A DNA stretch of 64,000 bases from Candidatus Pacearchaeota archaeon UBA73 (GCA_002496015.1 DAIF01000006.1:7403-71402); one strand, 5' to 3'; counted from the first letter of the stretch, positions 48,862 to 58,433 are shown. The notes: generated by a model from the letters alone, not told the origin. Program-made: numbers and translations.

Positions 48862-48917
48862 ATTTATTACTCTCGAACACGGTTTTTAAATCTTTCTCGT
48901 TGTTCGGGTTCAGCCAA

Positions 48918-48992
48918 CGGACCCGACAGGATTTGAACCTGCGACCTACGGATTAGAAGTCCGTCGCTCTATCCAAACTGAGCTACGGGTCC
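48918..48992 (-). tRNA. tRNA-Arg(TCT)
   Basis: GGACCCG acceptor stem; anticodon arm ACGGA-CTTCTAA-TCCGT; TTCAAAT T-loop; CCA not encoded. Confidence 0.95.
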
Positions 48993-49073
48993 ATAAGGTA
49001 AGGACAAGAAGTTCCTTTTTAAGTATATCTCCCAACAATATCTTTAAATAACATTTGCCTTTTGCTAAGCCAT

Positions 49074-49184
49074 GCACGGATGGCGAAATCGAAACGAAGT
49101 TTCTCAATCGCCATCTTCAAACAACGCACGGATGGCGAAAAGCAAAACGCAAAACGTTTTTCATGCTCGCCATCTTTAGACCCT
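49074..49184 (+). repeat. two tandem hairpin units starting with the tRNA-Cys 5' 14-mer
   Basis: GCACGGATGGCGAA at 49074, 49126 and 49185; TCGCCATC at 49108 and 49167. Confidence 0.85.
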
Positions 49185-49257
49185 GCACGGATGGCGAAGT
49201 GGTTAACGCGCTCGGCTGCAGCCCGAGTATCCCCCGGTTCGAACCCGGGTCCGTGCT
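49185..49257 (+). tRNA. tRNA-Cys(GCA)
   Basis: GCACGGA/TCCGTGC acceptor stem; CTCGG-CTGCAGC-CCGAG anticodon arm; TTCGAAC T-loop; U discriminator. Confidence 0.95.
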
Positions 49258-49266
49258 TAACTTAAA

Positions 49267-49541
49267 ATGGTTGAAATAAGCCCAGAAGAATTCAGAGAAG
49301 AAAGAATGAGTCATAATGGCGTCGAAGAATATTTTAGATAGATAGGCGAAAATCCTGAGAGATTTCAACCAATTCACTTATCCGTTGCTTACGTCCGTGC
49401 AGGTAACGACGACGCTAGAATCCGCGACACAGAACTAAAACTTGCCAGAGAAGCCATGGCTAAAAATGTGAGTATGTAACAAACATAGATTACTGCGGAC
49501 ATTGCATCGCAGCCACAGGTCAGAAACCTAGAAACTCATGA
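49267..49541 (+). pseudogene. interrupted small gene
   Basis: Protein-like reading MVEISPEEF... broken by an in-frame TAG after codon 24 and a later frameshift (...CEYVTNIDYC...ATG). Confidence 0.4.
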
Positions 49542-49543
49542 TA

Positions 49544-49883
49544 GGCTCTGTTGAAAATCTTTCCGAAATGTCTGTCTGCGCCCACCCGCTCGGATAGTCT
49601 GATTTGCTTCGCAAATCAATAATTGATAGCAGACATTTCGAGTTTTGCGCAGGTTTCGGATTCCCACTTCGGATTCTCCTGCGGAGAAAACCCCCCCTTT
49701 CCACCTCTCCGCCCTTCGCCCCAAATTCTAGTAAACCTGCATGCATGCGCAGCCCAATCTGAGCGGGTGGCGAGCGCACTTCGCACTAGTAAATTAAGCA
49801 AAGATTGATTGCGTTCGGGGTAGCGAGCAGGGGCGCAAGCGCGACAAATTCAGCTGCGCATTTAAGACTTTTTCAACAGAGCC
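49544..49883 (+). mobile_element. MITE-like element, subfamily I
   Basis: Perfect 14-bp TIRs GGCTCTGTTGAAAA / TTTTCAACAGAGCC; degenerate flanks CTCATGATA / CCCATAATA (7/9). Confidence 0.88.
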
Positions 49884-49943
49884 CCCATAATAAATAACTT
49901 TATAACCCCTTATTTCTTAAATAAATTACCAAAGGAGGATGCA

Positions 49944-50138
49944 ATGGCAATCCAAGGATACAGCGTAAAAGCAAAGAAGAAAGTAGACATCCAAGACCCT
50001 GTTGTAGAAAAGACTGCGAAAGGCGGCTACATAGCAAAAGGAAAATGCCCTGAAACAGGCATAACAGTCTGTGCAATGATGTCTGAAGAAAACGCAAATA
50101 AGGCCATCCAGGCCGGCGAAGCAAAGAAAGGTTTCTAA
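49944..50138 (+). CDS. DUF5679-like small basic protein (possible chromatin protein)
   Basis: GYSVKAKKKVDIQDP...KGGYIAKGKCPETG; SD GGAGG, TATA and terminator. Confidence 0.75.
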   Translation: MAIQGYSVKAKKKVDIQDPVVEKTAKGGYIAKGKCPETGITVCAMMSEENANKAIQAGEAKKGF

Positions 50139-50192
50139 CCTACCAGTTTATTTTTTCACTAATTTTAAATATTGGCATTTCTAGAATCTAGG

Positions 50193-51725
50193 ATGTCAAA
50201 CCACCAAAAAGAAGATACACAAGAAAGAGAATTTCTCTCATTTATTAAAGAAGCCGGGCTTGTTTGGGGTCCATCTCCCGAAATCTACGGCGGCTTCGCT
50301 GGTTTTTACGAATACGGACCATTAGGCAAGTTACTAAAAAACAAAGTCGAGAATTCCATAAGAAGAGTATTTAACTCCCAAGGATTGAGAGAAGTAGAAG
50401 CCCCGACGATTTTGCCAGATGTTGTCTGGAAAGCCTCAGGTCATCTTGAGACATTTCAGGATAGGATAATAAAATGTTCGAAATGCAAATCTGCTTTTCG
50501 TGCTGATAAACTCATCGAAGAAAAACACGACGTTCCAGCTGACTCGTTCTCAGATAAAAAAATCCTTGATTTTATAGAAGAACACGATATTAAATGCCCT
50601 AGCTGTAAGGGTCTTCTCGAAAAAAACATCGAACAGCAAAGCCTCATGATGAAAACAAAAGTCGCCGGCGAAGACGCTTCTCTCCGCCCCGAAACCGCTA
50701 CAACAACTTATCTCCCTTACCAAAGATTCGTCTCTTACTTCCGAAAAAGACTTCCATTCGGCGTTTTCCAAATCGGTAAGGCATATCGAAATGAAATCTC
50801 TCCCCGGCAGCACGTCCTTCGCGGCCGCGAATTCACCCAAGCCGAAGGCCAAATCTTCCTCGATCCAAAAACAAAAAATAATTGGGAAAAGTACCCCGCG
50901 ATTGCCAAAGAAATCCTCCCGTTCTGGGATTATAAAAGCCAGGAAAAAAACGCCCAAGTCAAACCAATCTCCATCGAAGAAGCTCTAAAAAAGAAATTCA
51001 TAAACTCTCAGGCTTACGGCTGGTGCATTTATCTTGCTTACACACAATTTGTAAAGTTCGGAATCCCAAAAGAAAAAATCAGACTCAGACAGCACCATCC
51101 GGACGAAAAGGCATTCTATGCCGATGACGCTTGGGATATCGAAGTGAAATTAGAAAATTATGGCTGGTTCGAAATGTGCGGAGTCCACGACCGAACAGAC
51201 TACGATCTAAAACAACACGCAAAATTTTCCGGTCAAAAACTGGAATTCAAAAACGAAGCAGGTGAAACATTCGTTCCTCACATTCTGGAAATCGCGTTCG
51301 GCTCAGACCGTCCCACTTACGCACTTATGGATTTATTCTACGAAAAGAAAGCTGAAGGCGAGGGCAAAACAACTTTCTCAATCCCTTATCACATGGCTCC
51401 GATAGACGTCTCAGTCTTTCCCTTGATAAAAAAACCCGAACTGATAAAAGTTGCTCAAGGCGTTAAAGAAGAGCTGGAGCGCGACTTCATCGTTGATTAT
51501 GATGAGTCAGGAAGCATCGGCCGCCGCTATCTGCGCTCATCCACTCAAGGCACTCCCTTTGCAATCACAGTCGATTTCGACTCGATAGAAAAAAAGAGCG
51601 TTACAATCCGCGACCGTGATACAGAAAAACAAATCCGCGTCCCGGTCATCTCATTAAATCACGTTATCCGCCAGCTCATCAACGGCGACATTGAATTCGA
51701 ACGCGCTGGCGAGGTTGTAAAATAA
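50193..51725 (+). CDS. glyS: glycyl-tRNA synthetase (alpha2 type)
   Basis: EIYGG, ASGH, LRPETA, RNEISPR, REFTQAE and SIGRRY motifs. Confidence 0.95.
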   Translation: MSNHQKEDTQEREFLSFIKEAGLVWGPSPEIYGGFAGFYEYGPLGKLLKNKVENSIRRVFNSQGLREVEAPTILPDVVWKASGHLETFQDRIIKCSKCKSAFRADKLIEEKHDVPADSFSDKKILDFIEEHDIKCPSCKGLLEKNIEQQSLMMKTKVAGEDASLRPETATTTYLPYQRFVSYFRKRLPFGVFQIGKAYRNEISPRQHVLRGREFTQAEGQIFLDPKTKNNWEKYPAIAKEILPFWDYKSQEKNAQVKPISIEEALKKKFINSQAYGWCIYLAYTQFVKFGIPKEKIRLRQHHPDEKAFYADDAWDIEVKLENYGWFEMCGVHDRTDYDLKQHAKFSGQKLEFKNEAGETFVPHILEIAFGSDRPTYALMDLFYEKKAEGEGKTTFSIPYHMAPIDVSVFPLIKKPELIKVAQGVKEELERDFIVDYDESGSIGRRYLRSSTQGTPFAITVDFDSIEKKSVTIRDRDTEKQIRVPVISLNHVIRQLINGDIEFERAGEVVK

Positions 51726-51993
51726 TGGAACTCCAAGACGCCATAAATTCTAGGCGCAGCATCAGAGCTTTCGAAAATAAAAAGTTCCAAAGAAGATAAT
51801 CCTCAAACTGATAGACAGCACAACTAAAGCTCCCTCGGCCTGCAACAGACAACCCGGGATCTATTGGAGTTATGGTCCTTACTGCAACTTGTGTAAAACT
51901 CTAATAAACAAACTTGATGACAACCTCTTTATCCCGGTTTTCGCTGGTTTCAACGGCCAAATCGTTCTAACAATTCTAAAGATTATTAATTAA
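51725..51993 (+). pseudogene. nitroreductase fragment
   Basis: MELQDAINSRRSIRAF, frameshift in an A-run near 51780, then KVPKKII...APSACNRQP; remainder not nitroreductase-like. Confidence 0.75.
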
Positions 51994-52023
51994 CTTTAAA
52001 TAAGTGCACTTCTTAGAAATTGC

Positions 52024-52254
52024 ATGGCAGTTGAACTAGCCGGAATTTTGCTAATAATGTTGATAGTGCTCTTGATAGTAGCGATAGCAATTCTGGGCAC
52101 AGTCTTCTGGATATGGATGATAATCGACTGCGCAAAACGCGACTTCAAAAAAGACAATGACAAAGTCATCTGGATTCTTGTGATTGTCCTCCTCCAGCTC
52201 ATCGGGGCGATAATTTATTATTTCACTATAAAAAAATCCGACAAGAAGAAATAA
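52024..52254 (+). CDS. PLDc_N-domain small membrane protein
   Basis: FWIWMIIDC...DKVIWILVIV...IGAIIYY. Confidence 0.85.
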   Translation: MAVELAGILLIMLIVLLIVAIAILGTVFWIWMIIDCAKRDFKKDNDKVIWILVIVLLQLIGAIIYYFTIKKSDKKK

Positions 52255-52257
52255 TTT

Positions 52258-53013
52258 ATGGAACAGATTTGGTTTTACTCCATTGCAAGTGTCTTGCTCG
52301 TTTCAATAGTTTCCTTAATCGGGATTCTTACACTTTCGCTTAAAACTAAAATCGTCCGCACAATTCTTATCTACCTAATCAGCTTTTCAGCCGGGACTCT
52401 CCTCGGCGACGCGTTCATTCACCTTCTTCCCGAGACCGTCGAAAACCACGGCTTGACTCTGAGTATTTCTCTTTATATTCTAACCGGAATAGTTATATTC
52501 TTTATCCTTGAAAAATTCATCCGCTGGCAGCACTGCCATGGCGCAATCACTGAAAAAGACCACATTCACCCGTTTGCTTATATCAATCTAGTAGGAGACG
52601 CACTTCATAACTTTCTTGACGGAATAATAATTGCTATTTCTTATATGATTTCAATGCCTGTAGGCATCGCAACAACCCTTGCTGTTTTGTTCCACGAAAT
52701 CCCTCAGGAAATAGGAGACTTTGGCGTCCTCCTCCACGGAGGATTCTCCCGTGGAAAAGCCCTTGCCCTTAACTTTCTCTCAGCTTTGGCGGCAGTACTC
52801 GGTGCTATCCTCACACTTTTGATGGGTAATTTGATTCAGAACCTAGAAGTCTTTCTAGTTCCAATCGCAATCGGTGGTTTCATTTACATAGCTTCTTCTG
52901 ACTTAATTCCGCAACTCCACAAACACTCTGATAAAATTAGTAAATCTCTGCTCCAACTTCTCGCATTTATAATTGGGATAGTTGTTATGGCTGCCCTCCT
53001 GTTTTTGGGATAA
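52258..53013 (+). CDS. ZIP-family zinc/metal transporter
   Basis: HLLPE, HNFLDG and HEIPQEIGDF motifs. Confidence 0.93.
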   Translation: MEQIWFYSIASVLLVSIVSLIGILTLSLKTKIVRTILIYLISFSAGTLLGDAFIHLLPETVENHGLTLSISLYILTGIVIFFILEKFIRWQHCHGAITEKDHIHPFAYINLVGDALHNFLDGIIIAISYMISMPVGIATTLAVLFHEIPQEIGDFGVLLHGGFSRGKALALNFLSALAAVLGAILTLLMGNLIQNLEVFLVPIAIGGFIYIASSDLIPQLHKHSDKISKSLLQLLAFIIGIVVMAALLFLG

Positions 53014-53041
53014 TTGTTATGGGCGAGGACAGAACGGTTGA

Positions 53042-53113
53042 TGGACCCGCCGAGAATCGAACTCGAATCTCCCGAATGCCATTCGGACATACTAACCGTT
53101 GTACTACGGGCCC
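53042..53113 (-). tRNA. tRNA-Ala(GGC)
   Basis: GGGCCCG/CGGGTCC acceptor stem with G3:U70; anticodon loop ATGGCAT; TTCGATT T-loop. Confidence 0.93.
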
Positions 53114-53332
53114 TTTCTCCTTTCAAAAATTTTAGAGTTATAAATCTTCGCAACAAAACTGTTCTGTCCGGAATTGGTTTTTGGTGGAGCTTACTCTTTT
53201 AGGAGATCTCCCTACAATACTGCTCAAGTCTGGTGTCGAATATTTCTACTCGTCTCAGATTGGGCTTCAGATCGGGACTGGATTGCAAATGCTTAAAAAT
53301 AACGCTGTTTACATTATTTTAGGAGGTGAATC

Positions 53333-53548
53333 ATGACGTGCTCAAATTGGATCTTGACGGTGCTTGCTGTAGTGATTTTTATGTTCACTATGTGGCCAGA
53401 GACGATCGGTCTGACTGCTTCTAAGTGGGTGATAGGTATTGCGGTAATCGCCATCCTGGTCGTCGCTTGGACTGGGGTTAGGTGTTCATATTGTGAGATT
53501 ATGCCTAAGACAGAAGTCAAACAGACGAGACCTAAGAAAATGAGGTAA
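53333..53548 (+). CDS. small 2-TM membrane protein
   Basis: SD GGAGGTGA; two hydrophobic helices, CSYC and a basic tail. Confidence 0.7.
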   Translation: MTCSNWILTVLAVVIFMFTMWPETIGLTASKWVIGIAVIAILVVAWTGVRCSYCEIMPKTEVKQTRPKKMR

Positions 53549-53602
53549 TCAAAGATTCTTTGTTTTGATTAATTTTATATATTTGTTTTATTGTGGGTTT
53601 TA

Positions 53603-54295
53603 ATGGCAAAACTATCTGCGGGGAGTTATGATTTGAATACTTGGTTGTATGGAGGGTATGAGACAGATATTGTTACAGTGATTTATGGCGGGGCGGGAAG
53701 CGGAAAAACTAATTTTTGTTTACTCGCCGCAGTTTCACAGGCTAAGAAAGGGAAGAAAGTGATTTTTATTGATACTGAAGGAGGTTTCAGTGTGGAGAGA
53801 ATTAAACAAATGGTTGGTGAGAAAGACGGGGTTGAAGCTGTTCTGGAAAGTATTTTTCTTTTGAAGCCGACGAATTTTGAAGAGCAAAAAAAAGCTTTTG
53901 TTGAGTTAAATAAAAGGTTGAGGGATCAGGTGGATTTGATTGTTGTTGATGGGATGACTATTTTATACAGGTTGGATTTTGCTGATGCCAGGGACAAAGG
54001 TGATGGGGCGCTGCAAATGATTAATTCTGAATTAGCAAAGCAAATGAAAACATTGGCGGAAATTGCTAGAAAGAAGGAAATTCCGGTGCTGGTGACGAAT
54101 CAAGTTTATCATTGGGAGGATGAAGACAGGATGGTGGGCGGGGACATTTTGAAATATTGGGGGAAGTGCCTGATTGAGCTTGTGAACGATAAAGGGCGCA
54201 GGACGGCTTATCTGAGAAAGCATCGGTCGCTGCCGGAGAAAAGCTTGGACTTTGTGATTGATAATCGCGGAATTAAGAAACGCGGGTGGATTTAA
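53603..54295 (+). CDS. radB: DNA repair and recombination protein RadB
   Basis: GGAGSGKT, IDTEGGFS, TNQV and the RadB-specific KHR motif. Confidence 0.93.
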   Translation: MAKLSAGSYDLNTWLYGGYETDIVTVIYGGAGSGKTNFCLLAAVSQAKKGKKVIFIDTEGGFSVERIKQMVGEKDGVEAVLESIFLLKPTNFEEQKKAFVELNKRLRDQVDLIVVDGMTILYRLDFADARDKGDGALQMINSELAKQMKTLAEIARKKEIPVLVTNQVYHWEDEDRMVGGDILKYWGKCLIELVNDKGRRTAYLRKHRSLPEKSLDFVIDNRGIKKRGWI

Positions 54296-54794
54296 CTGTG
54301 TCATATTCTTGATGTTTTTTTATCCATTTTGAGATTTTCTCGTTTGAAGAAGTAAATGTGGTTTCGTCCCAGGTTTTGCCGAACTCTTTGTTGATATGAT
54401 ATGCGGCTTCGCGGCAGAGAATGAAATAACTTTTGTTTGGATTATTATGGTGATGATCAATCGCTTTGTGATAGTCGATGCAGATAAGGCAATTTCCGAG
54501 GGATTTCTTTGTTTTAAAATCGTAGCATTTTGTTTCTTCAATGTTGTATATGCCCTCTCTTTTTCTTAGCTTGTTGAGTTCCAGGGCGCTTATTTCGAAG
54601 AGTACGCCGTTGAAGAAACTGTTTCTTGATTTTTTTAGATTTAATACATCGGGGTTTTTTAACTGGTAATCTCTGACGTTGAATATTCTTTTATAGCCCT
54701 TTACGACGACGGGGTGGAATTGTTTGTTTGAAAATGTTTTCCTTAAGGATTTGTGGCTTAAGAGACTGCCGTAGCCGACAATTGAGAATTTCAT
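54273..54794 (-). CDS. gamma-glutamylcyclotransferase-like (GGCT/AIG2) protein
   Basis: VGYGSL, GYKRIF, NGVL and LRKRE motifs. Confidence 0.8.
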   Translation of the reverse strand: MKFSIVGYGSLLSHKSLRKTFSNKQFHPVVVKGYKRIFNVRDYQLKNPDVLNLKKSRNSFFNGVLFEISALELNKLRKREGIYNIEETKCYDFKTKKSLGNCLICIDYHKAIDHHHNNPNKSYFILCREAAYHINKEFGKTWDETTFTSSNEKISKWIKKHQEYDTVKSTRVS

Positions 54795-54859
54795 CTTTAT
54801 TTAATGCGGGAAATGGTTAAATACCTTACTTTCTTTTGGGTTTAATGGTAAAGAGGGAA

Positions 54860-56572
54860 ATGCATTATTCTGAATTTGTGGATGTTTATGAGGGACTTTT
54901 TGCGACGACGAAGAGACTGGAGAAGGAAGCGATAATTGCGGAGTTTTTGAAGAAGCTTGCGAGGGAGGGCGAGCCGGATTGGATTTATCTTTTGCGAGGG
55001 AAGGTGACGCCGGATTACGATGATAGGATTCTTGGAATAAGTGAGAAGCTGGCGATGAAATCGATTGGAAAAACTTTTGGGATTAAGGATGAAGAGATTG
55101 CGAAGAGGTATAGGAAGATAGGGGATATTGGAGAGTTGGCTGAAGAGTTTGCTGAGAAGAAAAGGCAGACGAGTTTGTTTTCTAAGAAGTTGAGTGTTGA
55201 CAAGGTTTTTAGCAATTTGAGAAAAGTAATGGGGATTGAGGGCAAGGGAGCTGTGAGCGGGAAGATAGCTTTAATTTCGGAGTTGCTCGGGCAGGCGAGC
55301 GGGAAGGAGGCGAAGTATATTGTTAGAACTTTAGTGGGGCAGTTGAGGGTTGGGGTGGCGGATGCGACTGTGCGGGATGCGATTGCGACGGCGTTGTTTC
55401 CGGATGAGAAATATGAAATGGCTAAGAAAATTGAAATTGCTTATGACATGGCAAATGATTTTGCAGTTATCTTCGATGCAGCGTCGAAGGGGAAGAAAGA
55501 ACTGGATAAAATTGATATTGTTCTTGGCAGACCGATGAATGTTATGCTGCCTGTGAAGGTGACGGAGATTGGGGAAGCATTTAGGATATGCGGGAAACCG
55601 GCGGCGATTGAGCACAAATATGATGGATTTAGGGTTGTGATAAACAAGGTTGGGAATGACGTGAAGCTTTTCACGCGCCGTTTGGAAAATGTTACGAATC
55701 AATTTCCGGATGTTGTTGCTACGGTAAGGAAGTTTATTAAGGTGAAGGACGTGATTTTAGATAGCGAGGTTGTAGGTTATGATCCAAAAACGAAAAGGCA
55801 AAAACCGTTTGAAGCGATTTCGCAGAGGATAAAGAGGAAGTACGATATTGAGAAGCTGGAGAGAGAGCTGCCTGTTGAGGTGAATGTTTTTGATGTGATT
55901 TATTATAATGGGGAGAGCTTGATGCAGAAGCCATTTCATGAACGAAGAAAACTTCTTGAGAAAATTATTCCGCATGAGAAGTGGAAAATTCGCCCTTCGA
56001 TGCAAATCGTTACGGATAAAGAGGAGGTGGCGTTGAAGTTTTATAATGAGGCGTTGAAGTCGGGGGAAGAAGGAATTATGATTAAGAAACTTGATGCTCC
56101 GTACCAGCAAGGTCGTCGCGTGGGTTACATAGTTAAGATGAAGCCGGCGGCGAATGATTTGGATTTGGTGATTACGGGGGCGGAGTATGGGAGCGGAAAG
56201 CGAGGAGGGTTGCTGACTTCGTATATTGTTGCTTGTCGCGATGGGGACAAATATCTCGAAGTAGGTAAAGTTTCTTCAGGGTTGAAAGAATTAGAACAGG
56301 AAGGCGGAACGACTTATGAAGAGATGACTGCCTTGCTGAAGCCGTTGATTGTTTCGGAAAAGGGGAAGGTTGTGAAGGTCAAGCCGAGGATAATTGTTTC
56401 CGTGACGTATCAGAATATTCAAGGTTCGCCTTCTTACGACTCGGGGTATGCGATGAGATTTCCGAGAATTACAGCTTATAGGCCGGACTATCATTTGAAG
56501 GATATTGCGACTTTGGGAGATATTAAAGTGGAAGTTGAGAAGGCGAAGAAGGGGATGAGTCATTTGGGATAA
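54860..56572 (+). CDS. lig: ATP-dependent DNA ligase
   Basis: EHKYDG, DSE, FDVIY, EGIMIK and RFPR motifs. Confidence 0.95.
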   Translation: MHYSEFVDVYEGLFATTKRLEKEAIIAEFLKKLAREGEPDWIYLLRGKVTPDYDDRILGISEKLAMKSIGKTFGIKDEEIAKRYRKIGDIGELAEEFAEKKRQTSLFSKKLSVDKVFSNLRKVMGIEGKGAVSGKIALISELLGQASGKEAKYIVRTLVGQLRVGVADATVRDAIATALFPDEKYEMAKKIEIAYDMANDFAVIFDAASKGKKELDKIDIVLGRPMNVMLPVKVTEIGEAFRICGKPAAIEHKYDGFRVVINKVGNDVKLFTRRLENVTNQFPDVVATVRKFIKVKDVILDSEVVGYDPKTKRQKPFEAISQRIKRKYDIEKLERELPVEVNVFDVIYYNGESLMQKPFHERRKLLEKIIPHEKWKIRPSMQIVTDKEEVALKFYNEALKSGEEGIMIKKLDAPYQQGRRVGYIVKMKPAANDLDLVITGAEYGSGKRGGLLTSYIVACRDGDKYLEVGKVSSGLKELEQEGGTTYEEMTALLKPLIVSEKGKVVKVKPRIIVSVTYQNIQGSPSYDSGYAMRFPRITAYRPDYHLKDIATLGDIKVEVEKAKKGMSHLG

Positions 56573-56631
56573 TTGTTTCTTTTTAGTAGTTACTTTGAAA
56601 GGTTTAAATAAGGCCTCTTTCTGGATTTTTT

Positions 56632-57749
56632 ATGACAAATATTGGAATGATTGGTCGGAGGAGCAAGGAAGGCCATATGGAATTTATAACAGCCATTGCA
56701 GATAGTCAAGGAACGGATATAAAGAATGGACTAAGGGAGATGCTCTTTTTAAGATGTATATGATTGGCGGAGACATTTTATTTTTGGGAACGGGTGATGG
56801 GGAAGTCATTGATGGGACAGCGAGGGATTTGCGGAATCAAAAAGGTATTGCTACGATTGAAGAAGCTTCGCAAGCGGCTTTGGACATGACTCATGCGAGG
56901 TATGTTAATGCTACTCGTGGCAAACCGGAGACTCTTCCACGGAAGGGATTTGGGGTTGATTTTTTAATTGGAGGACCGGGTAGGAATGACCTGGGAATAT
57001 TTGAAATCAATACGACTGGTTTTAGAGGGCCCAAAGCACATAACAAGTATGCTGATAGAGGCGCAAATTTGGTAGAACTTCCGAAAGGTAATTGGGGCGG
57101 GAGTTTTAAAGGATCAGCTTGGGGGCATATTAACCGGTATTTAGATGGTCAGTTTGAGTCCGGAAGACCAATCATTATTGAAACTCTCGCCGATGCGCTT
57201 ATTGAAATGCACGATTTAAGTTTGAGGGGAGCAAGAGATATTGGAGTAAACGACCGGTTGCATTATGGGATTATTACTCCGAGCAGAACTGTTAGGTTGG
57301 TTCATCCAAGTGTTTGGGAGGGAGATACTCAAGCACACATAGAGCAGGTCGTTAATTTAACCGGCCTGAATGTTGCGGAGGTTCTGAACGGAATGGATGC
57401 TGATGAGTGCGAGAGGAATTCTGCAGCAATAGATTTGTATTCGGATATTCGTTTATTTACTGGAGGATTTTATTTTGCTCTTGCTTCGGAACTGACAAGT
57501 TCTTCCAATCTTAAGCGTGAGTATACGCGACTTTCTGAGAAATCCCTAAGGGATGAAAGCTATAAACCAAGATTTAAAGAAATCGGGAGACGGAGACTTG
57601 AGTCGCATGCTCGCATACAGGAAGGAGTTGATGTTTTGATTTCCAGAGATCCTCATAAGTTAAGAAGTTTTATAATGGGTGCAGAGGATAGAAGAAGAGA
57701 AACTATAGGCAAATTATTTGAGCGCTATGCTTCGCCGGAGAGCAGTTAA
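56632..57749 (+). pseudogene. Ntn-hydrolase (proteasome-beta-like) fold protein, frameshifted near the N-terminus
   Basis: ATG 56632 gives MTNIGMIG...AIADSQGT; the -1 frame gives ...KMYMIGGDILFLGTG (track ORF 56754-57749). Confidence 0.5.
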
Positions 57750-57845
57750 TTTTCTACATCTTTGTTTGATTTTTGAACTGGCTTATCGCGTCTGAAGGGT
57801 GCGTCTTGCTATGGGAAATTATATTGCCAGTTTTTCTTTTGGCAG

Positions 57846-58253
57846 TTATCTTTTAGGTTTTTCGTTCTTAGTAATGGTTTTTAGCAGGCGTATTGCCTGA
57901 TTTGCGAGTCTTGATTCTTCACCTCTGCTTGGGATGCCGATGATTGTAACCTTCTGAATTTTATTAAGCTTTTTCATTAACTTGAGCTGGAAGCCAAGGT
58001 CGAAGTCGTGGAGGGAGTAGTTCGGAGAAGATTGAATTTTGTCCAGGTCTTTTTCTGTAAGGAGTCTGACTTCATTGGTATTGATGATTGTATCGATGAG
58101 GATTAGACGTTCCTGTTCGGGGAGGTTTTCGGTTGGGTCGAGATGCTGAAAAGTAAATCGGGGAAATTCTTTTTGAAGTTTGGGTAATAGTTTTGTCGGA
58201 AAGGAGTCTTGCTCAAACTTCGGGTTGCCGAGGACGTAGATGATTGGTTTCAT
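57846..58253 (-). CDS. hydrogenase maturation protease-like (HycI/HybD fold)
   Basis: YVLGNP...DS, LILIDT, SLHDFDL and IIGIP motifs. Confidence 0.72.
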   Translation of the reverse strand: MKPIIYVLGNPKFEQDSFPTKLLPKLQKEFPRFTFQHLDPTENLPEQERLILIDTIINTNEVRLLTEKDLDKIQSSPNYSLHDFDLGFQLKLMKKLNKIQKVTIIGIPSRGEESRLANQAIRLLKTITKNEKPKR

Positions 58254-58369
58254 TTTTTGGGTAAATTTAGAATTTTCTTTGATTCTTTTTCTGTGTAAAA
58301 CTTGCCTTTTTGAGTGTTCTCTCTAGCTTTACTTAAATCTCTAAGGGTTTTTTTACTTAATTTTTCCAT
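58250..58369 (-). pseudogene. small frameshifted gene
   Basis: MEKLSKKTLRDLSKAREN, then shifted frame KGKFYTEKESKKILNLPKK* ending in an ATGA overlap with the next gene. Confidence 0.45.
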
Positions 58370-58433
58370 TTTATTAATAAGTGTTGTTTAATTATAAAAT
58401 TAGTTATTATTCCAGACTTGAAAGATAGATTTT

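Noticed and set aside
49074-49198. Possible mini-CRISPR array (three repeats with 38-45 nt spacers)
   Set aside because: The repeat is only 14 nt and is the tRNA 5' end; the spacers share sequence; no cas genes in the window
49393-49400. GTCCGTGC matching the tRNA-Cys 3' end as a possible att site
   Set aside because: Only 8 nt, about 140 nt from the tRNA, with no integrase; could be chance
49267-49541. Stop-codon reassignment suggested by the in-frame TAG
   Set aside because: TAG, TGA and TAA all terminate conserved genes in this window, and the same ORF also has a frameshift
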